Shown piece by piece: positions 55,666 through 64,000 of a DNA stretch of 64,000 bases; within the stretch, counting starts at the first letter, position 1, and every line of letters starts with the position of its first letter. The translations under genes and the position numbers were made by a program. Below the pieces are notes generated by a model. That model was not told the origin of the DNA. It searched no databases and worked only from the letters and a program-made list of their open reading frames with translations. The DNA comes from a virus, in IMG/VR virus record IMGVR_UViG_3300027319_000002, positions 12,403 to 76,402 of that record; one strand, 5' to 3'.

Positions 55666-55929
55666 ATTAGACGGTCTATCGAATATTGGCCTAGATCATC
55701 GGATCATGCGTACTTTCAGCTACAGCTTCATCGTTATAAAGGATCCAATATTCATCCTTACTAATCGGATACTAAGCGATCATGGTTACAGAGAGTCAGC
55801 AGGTCAGAGCACATATAAACTGGTCAGTGACATCCATACTTTTTCAAAACATCCTAAGTTGCGGAAGACCGTAAATCAGGGGTAAAGTACATACCCCCGA
55901 GGGGGACATCTCAACTCACGGAGAGAGTC

Positions 55930-56394
55930 TTGAGACGAGTCAAATTCAACGTCCCCCAGTCTGAGCAGGACAATGACCTGGAACGCAGACGCATTCATGG
56001 CTTGTATCGACAGTGGGTAGTTCTCCGCCAGCGGGAAGAGAGCATTAAGCAGCGGATCAATGAACTCCGCAACAAGCTGCTGGCCTATGCCGAGGCCTAC
56101 GGCGTCGAGGACGCCAAGGGCCACAGGGTGGTAGAGATCGACCCGATCACCATCGGCGGCAGGGTCTACGGAGGCTGGGTCCGCCGAAAGCGCGTCAGTC
56201 AGCGGATCAACGAAGAGCGCACGCGGGCGCTGGCGGAAGAGAAGGGCCTCGTCGACGAGATCTTCAAGCCGAAGGTCATCGAGGAACTCGATCAGGACGC
56301 TCTTTATCGCCTGAACCAGGAAGGACAACTCACCGATGAAGAGCTGGACTCCCTGGTTGACACCACGGTTACGTATGCGCTGGAGGGCATCTAG
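55930..56394 (+). CDS. Gam-like / host-nuclease-inhibitor-like coiled-coil protein
   Basis: N-terminal coiled coil, C-terminal EELDQDAL; resemblance only. Confidence 0.55.
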   Translation: MRRVKFNVPQSEQDNDLERRRIHGLYRQWVVLRQREESIKQRINELRNKLLAYAEAYGVEDAKGHRVVEIDPITIGGRVYGGWVRRKRVSQRINEERTRALAEEKGLVDEIFKPKVIEELDQDALYRLNQEGQLTDEELDSLVDTTVTYALEGI

Positions 56395-56398
56395 TCAC

Positions 56399-56863
56399 GT
56401 GAGCACTCAGCCCTATGAACCCGAAGAGGTGCTGCCCTGGAGGCCGGTCCGCATCCCCAAGTCCATGCCCGCGGACCCGCTGGAAGGGGCCAAGCCCAAG
56501 GTGTACAAGGTCGCGGGTCACCCGCGTTCCTTCTATGGGATCGGTGTTTTGGCCCAGGCCTTGAATCGCAAGCCTGGCACCATCCGTAAGTGGGAGGTCT
56601 TCGGCTGGATTCCGAAGCCTACCGCCGTGTTCCCCGGTCGTGATCCGCGGGATTCGGCATCCGCTCGCCACGGGCGGCGCCGCCTGTACACCGCCGCCCA
56701 GATCCGCGGCCTGGTCAAGATCGCCTATGAGGAAGGCGTTCTCGAGCCGCATGCCCGCCCGATCCAGGAGACCAATTTCCCGCAGCGGGCTCATAGGCTC
56801 TTCTCCGACCTGGCCGTCAAGGAGCGCGAGGAGATCATGCGTCTGAGGAGTCAGGCGGCGTGA
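56399..56863 (+). CDS. MerR-like HTH DNA-binding protein
   Basis: YGIGVLAQALNRKPGTIRKWE..GWIP...RRLYT..QI. Confidence 0.8.
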   Translation: MSTQPYEPEEVLPWRPVRIPKSMPADPLEGAKPKVYKVAGHPRSFYGIGVLAQALNRKPGTIRKWEVFGWIPKPTAVFPGRDPRDSASARHGRRRLYTAAQIRGLVKIAYEEGVLEPHARPIQETNFPQRAHRLFSDLAVKEREEIMRLRSQAA

Positions 56864-57123
56864 TCGTCCGCGAGACCATTACGCACCACGTCAACCTGGG
56901 GGACTACGAGTTCATTGAGGTGTCGGACACGGTGGAGCTGACGGCAGATGACCTCCCGCCAGGCACCACCGTGCCCCAGGCGCTCGAGACCGCCCGCCAG
57001 CAGATCATCGAGCACCAGAAGGTTGTCCTGGAACGCATCCTCAACATTACTGCAAACCCTGACACCTACGTCAAGGACTACCTTAAGTCCCTCCGGAGTG
57101 AACGCAGACGCAGGCATGCCTAG
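56860..57123 (+). CDS. hypothetical protein
   Basis: GTGA overlap; HVNLGDYE motif. Confidence 0.7.
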   Translation: MIVRETITHHVNLGDYEFIEVSDTVELTADDLPPGTTVPQALETARQQIIEHQKVVLERILNITANPDTYVKDYLKSLRSERRRRHA

Positions 57124-57172
57124 ATAACCACCACACACCACACCACCACACACCGGATAACCACCACACACC
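57123..57172 (+). repeat. three ACCACCACACACC repeats in the SSB leader
   Basis: GATAACCACCACACACC at 57123 and 57156, core copy at 57142. Confidence 0.85.
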
Positions 57173-57187
57173 GACGAAGGAGACACA

Positions 57188-58003
57188 TTGCCTCGTGCGA
57201 TTCGTGCTCGCAGCCGTGCCCGGGACGTCGAGCCCGAGGAGGAGTGGGATGAGGAGGAGATCGACGAGTACGAGGACGACGAGGAGGAGATGCCTCGCCG
57301 CCGTCGCCCCCCTGTCCGGGACGGCTACGGCGATGAGGACGACGAGGATGAGTCGCCTCGTCTGCGCCGCCGTGCCCGCTCTGCGGGCCCGGCCCGCCGC
57401 GTGGAACGTTCCAAGAAGCGGCGCGTCGTCGCCAGTGCCCCCCGCCCCGGGTGGGACGCCTTCCGCTCCCTGAAGCGCAGCTCCGGTATCGAGACCTTCA
57501 AGATCGAGGAGGAAGACGAAGAGATCATCGTCAAGTTCCTCGACGAGGAGCCGTTCGCGGTCTTCGCCCAGCACTGGGTCTCCCAGGCCAAGGGCCGGAA
57601 GAACTTCGTCTGCCTGGGTGAGGACTGCCCGCTGTGCGACGTGGGCGACGACCCGCGCACCATGGTCGCCTTCAACATCGTCTCGTTCGATGACCCCGAC
57701 AACCCGACGCTGAAGGTCTGGTACACCGGCGTCCGCCTGGCTCAGAAGCTCGAGGGCCTTAACAGCAACCGGCGCACCAGCCCCATCAACCGGGACGACC
57801 TGTATTGGGCGGTCACCAAGAGCGGCACCGGCACCAACACCCAGTACAACCTGCTCCCGGTCACCGCCGACAACCTGGGCGACATCACCCCGTTGGACGA
57901 GGGCGAGCTGGAGGAGTTCATGGACTCCCGCTACGACATCTCGGTGATCAAGCTCCCCAGCCGTGAGGAGCTGGAGGAGCTTGTCGAGGAGATCTTCGAG
58001 TAA
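57188..58003 (+). CDS. T4 gp32-like single-stranded DNA-binding protein
   Basis: VKFL...F..HW...C.GEDCPLC, TKSGTGTNTQY, acidic tail; GAAGGAG RBS. Confidence 0.75.
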   Translation: MPRAIRARSRARDVEPEEEWDEEEIDEYEDDEEEMPRRRRPPVRDGYGDEDDEDESPRLRRRARSAGPARRVERSKKRRVVASAPRPGWDAFRSLKRSSGIETFKIEEEDEEIIVKFLDEEPFAVFAQHWVSQAKGRKNFVCLGEDCPLCDVGDDPRTMVAFNIVSFDDPDNPTLKVWYTGVRLAQKLEGLNSNRRTSPINRDDLYWAVTKSGTGTNTQYNLLPVTADNLGDITPLDEGELEEFMDSRYDISVIKLPSREELEELVEEIFE

Positions 58004-58068
58004 TCCCCTTGCTCGGTCCCGCGGCCCGCTTCGCCACCTGAGGCGGGCCGCATCGTCCAGGAGATGTC

Positions 58069-60015
58069 GTGCTGAGCCGCACCATCGTCACCACCACCGA
58101 CCACCTCGCCCACGTCGTCGCCCACTTCAAGCGCTACGGCGAATTCTGCTGGGACGTGGAGACCACCCGTCCCTACCGTGGGATCCCGGCCCACAACACC
58201 ATCACCTGGCTTTCCCTGGCCACCTACGGCATGGCTGTGACCATCCCTATGGGCCACACCAAGGGGGACCGGATCATCGGGTATCGGACCGAGCCGCGCA
58301 AGACCAAGACCGGCAAGATCCAGAACCGCAAGGTTCCCATCTGGTCGGCTGCCCCGCCCCAGCTTCGCCCCTCGCAGGTCTTCGAGGCGCTGGAGCCACT
58401 GTTCTTCAGCGATCGGGTCAAGGTCGCCCACAACCTCGCCTTCGACGCTGGATCGATCGCCAAGTACTACGGCGGCCGGGTCATCCCGCGCCCGTGGCAC
58501 GACACCTACGTTTCCTCGGTCTTACTCGACGAGAACCGCTCTAACGGCCTTAAGTCCCTGGTCAAGTCGATCTACGGCATCGACTACGACAAGAGCGACG
58601 TCGGCAAGCGGGTCGAGGAGCACCGCTTCCGGGACGTTGCCCGCTACTCCTACATGGACGCCAAGATGACCTGGTTGCTCTACCGGCGCAACCAGGCGGC
58701 CATCAGAAAGGCGGGCCTGCAGAAGCTTTTTGATCTTGAATGCGAGCTGCTGGAAGTGGTCATCTCCATGACCGCTTACGGCGCCCCGGTTGATCAGGCC
58801 ACCTTGGAGGCCTTCGGCAAGGAGCTGCGTAGCCGCATCGTCGACCACCAGGCCCGCATCTTCAAGGCTCTTGGCCGGACCATCAACCTCGACAGCCCCC
58901 AGCAGAAGGCAGAGGCCCTCTTCCTGCCCAAGTCCAAGGGTGGGCTCGGGCTCAAGCCCATCACACTCACCAAGGGCGGCCAGGACAAAGAACGCCGCGG
59001 TGAGGAGATCACCGTCCACGACTACTCAACTTCCGCCGAGGTCCTGGAGAAGTACAAGGACAACCCGGTGGTGGCCGCCTTGCTGGACTACCAGCGGGAC
59101 GTGAAGCTGCTGGGAACCTACGTGGAGGGCATCCTCAACGACGAGGAAGACGGCAGTCTCATCATCAACGGCCGCATCCACGCCAGCTTCAACCCCGTGG
59201 GTGCCCGCACCGGCAGGTGGTCCTCCAGCAACCCCAACCTGCAGAACATCCCGACCCGCACCGCCGAGGGCAAGAAGATCCGCTCCGCCTTCCGCGCCGA
59301 ACCCGGACACATGTACCTGGTGGCCGACTACGGGCAGATCGAGCTGGTCATGCTCGCTCACTTCATCGGCCGCGGCGCCCTGTATGACGGTTTCTTCGCC
59401 GGTATCAACCCGCATGTGATGACCGCCGCCAAGATCTTCGGAATCCCGCCGGAGGATGTGAAGACCAAGCACGCTGATCTCTACAGTGTCGCCAAGGGCC
59501 TGAATTTCGCCATCGTGTACTCCGCCGGTCCCGCCACAGTCGCCGAGCAGGCGGGGGTGACGGTGAAGAAAGCCAAGGAGTACATGCGCAAGCACCGGAA
59601 AGAGTTCCCTGAGATCTACGCCTACAGGGAGCACGTCATCAAGCAGGCCAGAAAGAAGCGGCCCCCACACACCACTACCCTGCTCGGCCGTATCCGCCGC
59701 ATGCCGGAACTGCTCAGCAAAAATGAGGCCAAGCGCGCCGAGGCCGAGCGGAAGATCTTCAACTCCAAGATTCAGGGCTCGGCGGCCGACCTTATCAAGC
59801 TGGCCATGGTCCGCTGGTGGCGCAATCACCCCGAAGGCGCCCACATGATCATGACCGTGCACGATGAGCTGGTCATTCACACCCCCATCGAGCTGGTCGA
59901 CCAGGCCAAGGAAGCATTGCGCGACGCTATGGTCGGGCCTGGGATTCAGAAACTCGTCCGCGTTCCGCTCACCATTGATATGAACGTTGTGGATCGGTGG
60001 AGTGAGGCAAAGTAG
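58069..60015 (+). CDS. polA: family A DNA polymerase with 3'-5' exonuclease
   Basis: DVET, HN..FD, YSYMD; RTGR.SS..PNLQNIP; DYGQIE; AK..NF; VHDE. Confidence 0.95.
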   Translation: MLSRTIVTTTDHLAHVVAHFKRYGEFCWDVETTRPYRGIPAHNTITWLSLATYGMAVTIPMGHTKGDRIIGYRTEPRKTKTGKIQNRKVPIWSAAPPQLRPSQVFEALEPLFFSDRVKVAHNLAFDAGSIAKYYGGRVIPRPWHDTYVSSVLLDENRSNGLKSLVKSIYGIDYDKSDVGKRVEEHRFRDVARYSYMDAKMTWLLYRRNQAAIRKAGLQKLFDLECELLEVVISMTAYGAPVDQATLEAFGKELRSRIVDHQARIFKALGRTINLDSPQQKAEALFLPKSKGGLGLKPITLTKGGQDKERRGEEITVHDYSTSAEVLEKYKDNPVVAALLDYQRDVKLLGTYVEGILNDEEDGSLIINGRIHASFNPVGARTGRWSSSNPNLQNIPTRTAEGKKIRSAFRAEPGHMYLVADYGQIELVMLAHFIGRGALYDGFFAGINPHVMTAAKIFGIPPEDVKTKHADLYSVAKGLNFAIVYSAGPATVAEQAGVTVKKAKEYMRKHRKEFPEIYAYREHVIKQARKKRPPHTTTLLGRIRRMPELLSKNEAKRAEAERKIFNSKIQGSAADLIKLAMVRWWRNHPEGAHMIMTVHDELVIHTPIELVDQAKEALRDAMVGPGIQKLVRVPLTIDMNVVDRWSEAK

Positions 60016-60029
60016 GAAAGAGGACAGCC

Positions 60030-60416
60030 GTGGCGCGTGACCTGATTAAGGATTTCGAGGTCCTCTACCAGGAAATCGTCTGGGACGCCTTCCCGCACCA
60101 TATGGTCTGTGAGATCCTGCGGCGTCTGGGAAAGGTTCCTCCGAGCGAAGAGGGAATCAGCCAGGCATGTGCTGAAAGCCACTCCCGGCTTCTCCCGGTC
60201 ATCACCAATCTTGGTCCTGAAGTCAATTTGATAACTTCCATCATTGCCGAGGCAATGGTTCGCTCTATCGTAGATGAGAGCACGGCCGAGAAACTTGGCC
60301 AGGACATCGAAGATGTCGTCATGACCTACCGGAACCTGCTGCGGTCCAGCGCATTTGTCGTGCTTGCCGCTTTGTGCAATGCCGACCTCATCACCTACAA
60401 GGAGGGCGCCAAGTGA
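60030..60416 (+). CDS. hypothetical protein
   Basis: GAGGA RBS, operon packing. Confidence 0.65.
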   Translation: MARDLIKDFEVLYQEIVWDAFPHHMVCEILRRLGKVPPSEEGISQACAESHSRLLPVITNLGPEVNLITSIIAEAMVRSIVDESTAEKLGQDIEDVVMTYRNLLRSSAFVVLAALCNADLITYKEGAK

Positions 60417-60850
60417 GCGGATTTTGGTCCCGCAAACTTGGTGCTGACCGTGCCCAGAGCAAGCCGTATACGGCACCGCAGACCTCGGCCGCCCGTCCCT
60501 GGTGGGACCCCGCCTTGCCGCCTGCGCAGCCCGCACCGCAACCTGTCCCGGCCGAGCCCGCAGCCCCGGCCGCGCCGGAGGTGCCGCGGGACGTCATCGC
60601 CCGGCATCTGAGTAAGGCCCAGTCCTCCCGGGAGACGGAAACCTGCCCCGGTTGCGGTTCCGGCAACTACATGGCGCCACCGAACATGAACGTCCGCAAG
60701 CAGTGTTTCGACTGCGGCTATCCGGTGATCCAGTCGGGATCAGGCCCCGGTGCGCTGCCATCGCATCTGGTCGGCCCCGTCACCCCGGCCAAGCAGATTC
60801 ACGACGGCCGCTCATACTACGACCCCAAGAGGATCATTTTCCGCCTGTAG
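60413..60850 (+). CDS. zinc-ribbon protein
   Basis: CPGCGSGNY...CFDCGYP. Confidence 0.7.
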   Translation: MSGFWSRKLGADRAQSKPYTAPQTSAARPWWDPALPPAQPAPQPVPAEPAAPAAPEVPRDVIARHLSKAQSSRETETCPGCGSGNYMAPPNMNVRKQCFDCGYPVIQSGSGPGALPSHLVGPVTPAKQIHDGRSYYDPKRIIFRL

Positions 60851-60884
60851 GCGTCTTCGCTCGCTCGTCTAGAAGGAAGTCCCC

Positions 60885-62843
60885 GTGCGTGTGCTGAACC
60901 CTGACGGTACCCTCGCCAACCCCTACAGCCAGTACATTGCCCTGAGCCGGTATGCCCGCTACCTGGATACGGAGCACAGGCGTGAAACCTGGGCTGAGAC
61001 GGTCGACCGCTACATGGGCTTCATGGTCGAGCATCTGGCCATCAAGCACTGCTACCGGCCGGACCCGGCACTGGTAGAGGAGATCCGTGCCGCGATCAAG
61101 AATCTGGACGTCGTCCCCTCCATGCGGGCCATCATGACCGCCGGGCCCGCTCTTGAGCGGTCGCACATCGCCGCCTACAACTGCTCTTACCTTCCCATTA
61201 CCGACCTGTACTCCTTTGTGGAGGCCTTCTACATCCTGTTGAACGGCACCGGCGTCGGCTATAGCGTCGAGCGGCTCTACGTTGATCAGCTGCCGACTGT
61301 CCACCCCGATATCGCCGACGACCCCCACACCGTGCTGTATGTCGGCGACAGCAAGGAGGGTTGGGCGCACGCTTTCCATCGCTTCCTGGAGTCGGTCTGG
61401 CTGAATGGCAAGGTTCCCTCCGTGGATGTCAGCGCCGTCCGTCCTCGCGGTGCCCGGCTGAAGACTTTCGGCGGCCGGGCTTCTGGCCCCGGCCCCATTC
61501 TCGAGCTTTTCAGCTTCGCCGCGGACCTGCTGCGCGGCGCCGCCGGGCGCAAGCTGCGTCCCATCGAGGTGCACGACTTGATGTGCAAGATCGCCTCGGT
61601 CGTTGTGGTCGGCGGTGTGCGCCGCTCGGCGATGATCGCCCTGTCGGACCTGGATGACAAGGAGATGGCCGAGGCCAAGAAGGGCCGCTTCTGGGAGACC
61701 CACCCCCACCGCTCCTTGGCCAACATCTCCGCGGTCTTCAAGGAGGACCTCGAGGTCACCCGCGAGGAGTTTGATGCCTTCTTCGACGACCTGATCGCCA
61801 GCGGCTCGGGTGAGCGCGGCATCTTTAACCGTACCGCCGCCCAGATTCAGGCCTTCCGCAACGGGCGCAAGCCGTGGACCTTCGTCGAGTACGGCACCAA
61901 CCCCTGCGGTGAGATCATCCTCCGGCCGTACTCCTTCTGCAACCTCACCGAGGCCATCGTCCGGCCGGACGACACGCTCCAGACGCTCAAGCGCAAGGTG
62001 GAGCTGGCGACCATCCTCGGTACCTGGCAGGCGACCCTGACCGACTTCCCGCTGCTGCGGCCGGAGTGGAAGCGCAACGCCGAGGAGGAGCGGCTGCTCG
62101 GCGTTTCCCTGACGGGGATCTTCGGCAACCGGCTCACCTACGACCTGGAGCAGGTCCCCACCACGCTGACGGCGCTGCAGTTGGCGGCCCGGGAGGCCAA
62201 CAAGGAGGAGGCCTACCGGATCGGCATCACTCCGGCGCATGCCATCTGCACCGTCAAGCCGTCCGGCACGGTCTCCCAGCTCGCCGGGGTCTCCTCCGGC
62301 ATCCACCCCTGGCACTCCCGCTACTACATCCGCACTGTCCGGGCCGACAAGAAGGACCCGCTCGCCCAGCTGATGGCCGACGCCGGGGTTCCGTACGAGG
62401 ACGACGTCACCGCGCCGGAGACCACCTGGGTCTTTTCCTTCCCGATCGCCGCGCCGCCGGACGCCGTCACCCGCGATGACCTGTCCGCGGTCGATCACCT
62501 GAAGCTGTGGATGGCGTACCACTCTTTTTGGTGCCACCACAACGCCTCCGTCACGGTCAACGTTCGCGCCGACGAGTGGGACAAGGTCCGCCAGTGGGCC
62601 TGGGACCACCTTGACAGCCTCGTCGGCGTGACTTTCCTGCCCTACGACGAGCACGTCTACGCCCAGGCGCCGTATCAGGAGATCGACGAGGTGACCTATC
62701 AGCGGATGGTGGCCAACTTCCCTAAGGTGCGCTGGGCCGACCTTGTCTTTTATGAGACGTCCGACCAGACCGCCGGGACGCAGGTGCTGGCCTGCACCGC
62801 CGGTGGGTGCGAGGACGTCGACCTGGTGGGAGAGGCCGCGTGA
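60885..62843 (+). CDS. nrdJ: class II (B12-dependent, monomeric RTPR-type) ribonucleotide reductase
   Basis: YNC, VVVGGVRRSA, TNPCGEI, TVKPSGTVSQLAG, C-terminal CTAGGC. Confidence 0.93.
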   Translation: MRVLNPDGTLANPYSQYIALSRYARYLDTEHRRETWAETVDRYMGFMVEHLAIKHCYRPDPALVEEIRAAIKNLDVVPSMRAIMTAGPALERSHIAAYNCSYLPITDLYSFVEAFYILLNGTGVGYSVERLYVDQLPTVHPDIADDPHTVLYVGDSKEGWAHAFHRFLESVWLNGKVPSVDVSAVRPRGARLKTFGGRASGPGPILELFSFAADLLRGAAGRKLRPIEVHDLMCKIASVVVVGGVRRSAMIALSDLDDKEMAEAKKGRFWETHPHRSLANISAVFKEDLEVTREEFDAFFDDLIASGSGERGIFNRTAAQIQAFRNGRKPWTFVEYGTNPCGEIILRPYSFCNLTEAIVRPDDTLQTLKRKVELATILGTWQATLTDFPLLRPEWKRNAEEERLLGVSLTGIFGNRLTYDLEQVPTTLTALQLAAREANKEEAYRIGITPAHAICTVKPSGTVSQLAGVSSGIHPWHSRYYIRTVRADKKDPLAQLMADAGVPYEDDVTAPETTWVFSFPIAAPPDAVTRDDLSAVDHLKLWMAYHSFWCHHNASVTVNVRADEWDKVRQWAWDHLDSLVGVTFLPYDEHVYAQAPYQEIDEVTYQRMVANFPKVRWADLVFYETSDQTAGTQVLACTAGGCEDVDLVGEAA

Positions 62844-63202
62844 GCGCCGACTGGTGGAGCTTTCCCTGCGTTGAGCTGGTCCGCGTCGTCGACGGCGACA
62901 CCGTGTGGGTTGAGGTGGTGCTCGACTGCGGTTTCCGCGTCCGCATCACTCATCAGGTGAAGATCCGCCTGGATGGCATCAACGCCCCCGAGATGAACAC
63001 GTCCGAGGACAAGGCGGCGAAGGCGTTCATCGAAGATTGGTTTGCCCGTCACCAGGTCGACGGAATCGTCTTGTATACGCGCAAGCACCCGGAAAAGTAC
63101 GGGCGCTGGCTTGGCCGGTTCGAGTCTGCGGGCCGCGTGCTCAATGACGAGCTGGTGGCGGCCGGGCTTGCCAATCCCTACACCGGAAAGCGCGCCGCGT
63201 AA
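62840..63202 (+). CDS. thermonuclease (SNase-like)
   Basis: VRVVDGDT, IRLDGINAPE, KYGR.LG. Confidence 0.88.
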   Translation: MSADWWSFPCVELVRVVDGDTVWVEVVLDCGFRVRITHQVKIRLDGINAPEMNTSEDKAAKAFIEDWFARHQVDGIVLYTRKHPEKYGRWLGRFESAGRVLNDELVAAGLANPYTGKRAA

Positions 63203-63235
63203 ATTTTCCCAAAAATTCAAGTTTCGCCCCAACTT

Positions 63236-63283
63236 GTGACCGTGTGAGAGGAGCTATAACGTTTCTCTCACACGGTCACTTTT
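63236..63283 (+). terminator. 15-bp inverted repeat, terminator or operator
   Basis: GTGACCGTGTGAGAG-N14-CTCTCACACGGTCAC-TTTT. Confidence 0.55.
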
Positions 63284-63306
63284 GTCTGAGTTGGGATATT
63301 CGGGTA

Positions 63307-64000
63307 GTGGGAATCAGACCTGAAGCTGCCGCACTGGTTGCGCAGATTAACAAAAGGCACGGAGAAGGCGCCATCGTCCTCGGCTCGGATATCTCCCTCG
63401 GCGGGCGCTATCCATCCGGATCCATCGGCCTGGATGTGATTCTGGGAGGCGGCTGGCCGGTATCCCAGTGGGTGGAGGTCATCGGAAAGGAATCGTCTGG
63501 GAAGACCTCCATTGTCTATAAGACCGTGGCCGCCAACCAGGCGCGCGACCCGGATTTCACCGTGTTGTGGATCGCGGCGGAAACCTACAACACCAAGCAC
63601 GCCGCGGCCTGCGGAGTCGATAACAACCGGGTCATCGTCTACCCCACCCAGGAAATGGAAACCGCTTATGAGGTCCTGCTGGAGTTTGCCCGCCAGAAGG
63701 CGGTCGATATGGCCGTGCTCGACTCCTACCCCGCGCTGGTGCCTGATGAGGAGGCCGCCAAGGGATTTGATGAGAGTGTCGTGGCACTGGGAGCACGGCT
63801 GACCGCGCGCTTCTTCCGCAAGGCTGGGGCGGCCACCCGCCGCGCATTGGATGGATCTGAGCGTCCGTTCCTCGGTGTCGTGATCAACCAGTTCCGCGAT
63901 GCCGTCGGCCAGTTCTCCCCGCACGGAATCCCGCAGACCACCCCCGGCGGAAAGGCGAAAAACTACTTCTACTACGCCCGGGTCGAGGTGAAGCGGGATT
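63307..64000 (+). CDS. recA: RecA/UvsX-like recombinase, 5' part (cut by window end)
   Basis: SGSIGLDVILGGGWP...EVIGKESSGKT, VLDSYPAL, VINQFR, TPGGKAKNY. Confidence 0.93.
   Translation, partial: MGIRPEAAALVAQINKRHGEGAIVLGSDISLGGRYPSGSIGLDVILGGGWPVSQWVEVIGKESSGKTSIVYKTVAANQARDPDFTVLWIAAETYNTKHAAACGVDNNRVIVYPTQEMETAYEVLLEFARQKAVDMAVLDSYPALVPDEEAAKGFDESVVALGARLTARFFRKAGAATRRALDGSERPFLGVVINQFRDAVGQFSPHGIPQTTPGGKAKNYFYYARVEVKRD

Noticed and set aside
55634-55885. 83-aa ORF in the AT-rich island
   Set aside because: It starts inside the terminator hairpin, has no RBS and has atypical codon usage; not supported.
57123-57172. Repeats as a CRISPR array
   Set aside because: Units are 13-17 bp, low complexity, nearly abutting, with no spacers and no cas genes.
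58069-62843. Inteins or introns in polymerase, RNR, helicase or terminase
   Set aside because: Protein lengths are normal, motifs are contiguous, and no splice-junction signatures were seen.

Overview
The whole 64 kb is one high-GC (about 65% by eye) bacteriophage genome segment with a contractile tail. The host is probably an actinomycete, given the leaderless promoters, a DUF397-like and a DUF2637-like gene, and actinobacterial-type IS200/IS605 ends. No host-phage junction is visible. Gene order: accessory region (MazG-like, KTSC, surface protein, orphan Phd antitoxin), tyrosine integrase with a candidate attP, then terminase, portal, scaffold and capsid, head-tail, sheath, tube, tape measure, baseplate and fibres, and holin-like genes. 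These are followed by a replication block (initiator, DnaC-like loader, 2 HNH, DnaB, primase, SNF2), a divergent regulatory island, Gam-like, MerR-like, gp32-like SSB, PolA, class II RNR, thermonuclease and RecA (cut by the window end). No endolysin, CI-type repressor, tRNA or CRISPR array was recognised. Main findings: (1) The portal gene is split by a 22-nt coding gap (GAA-TTA...TGAA). It looks like a rare-UUA-codon ribosomal bypass, and the gap is also a 13-bp antisense copy of the portal's own Shine-Dalgarno region, suggesting a coupled translational switch. (2) Four IS200/IS605 derivatives share a T(C/T)AT insertion motif: an intact but apparently immobilised TnpB, a 256-bp protein-less cassette (promoter plus omegaRNA-like scaffold) inserted silently into a stop/start overlap, and two ~50-bp single-hairpin mini-elements. 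(3) A dense, oriented GGCAGC array crosses all reading frames and non-coding DNA upstream of terminase. (4) Two cassettes consist of a promoter, ~55 nt and a terminator, and may encode small RNAs. All calls come from manual reading, with no database searches.
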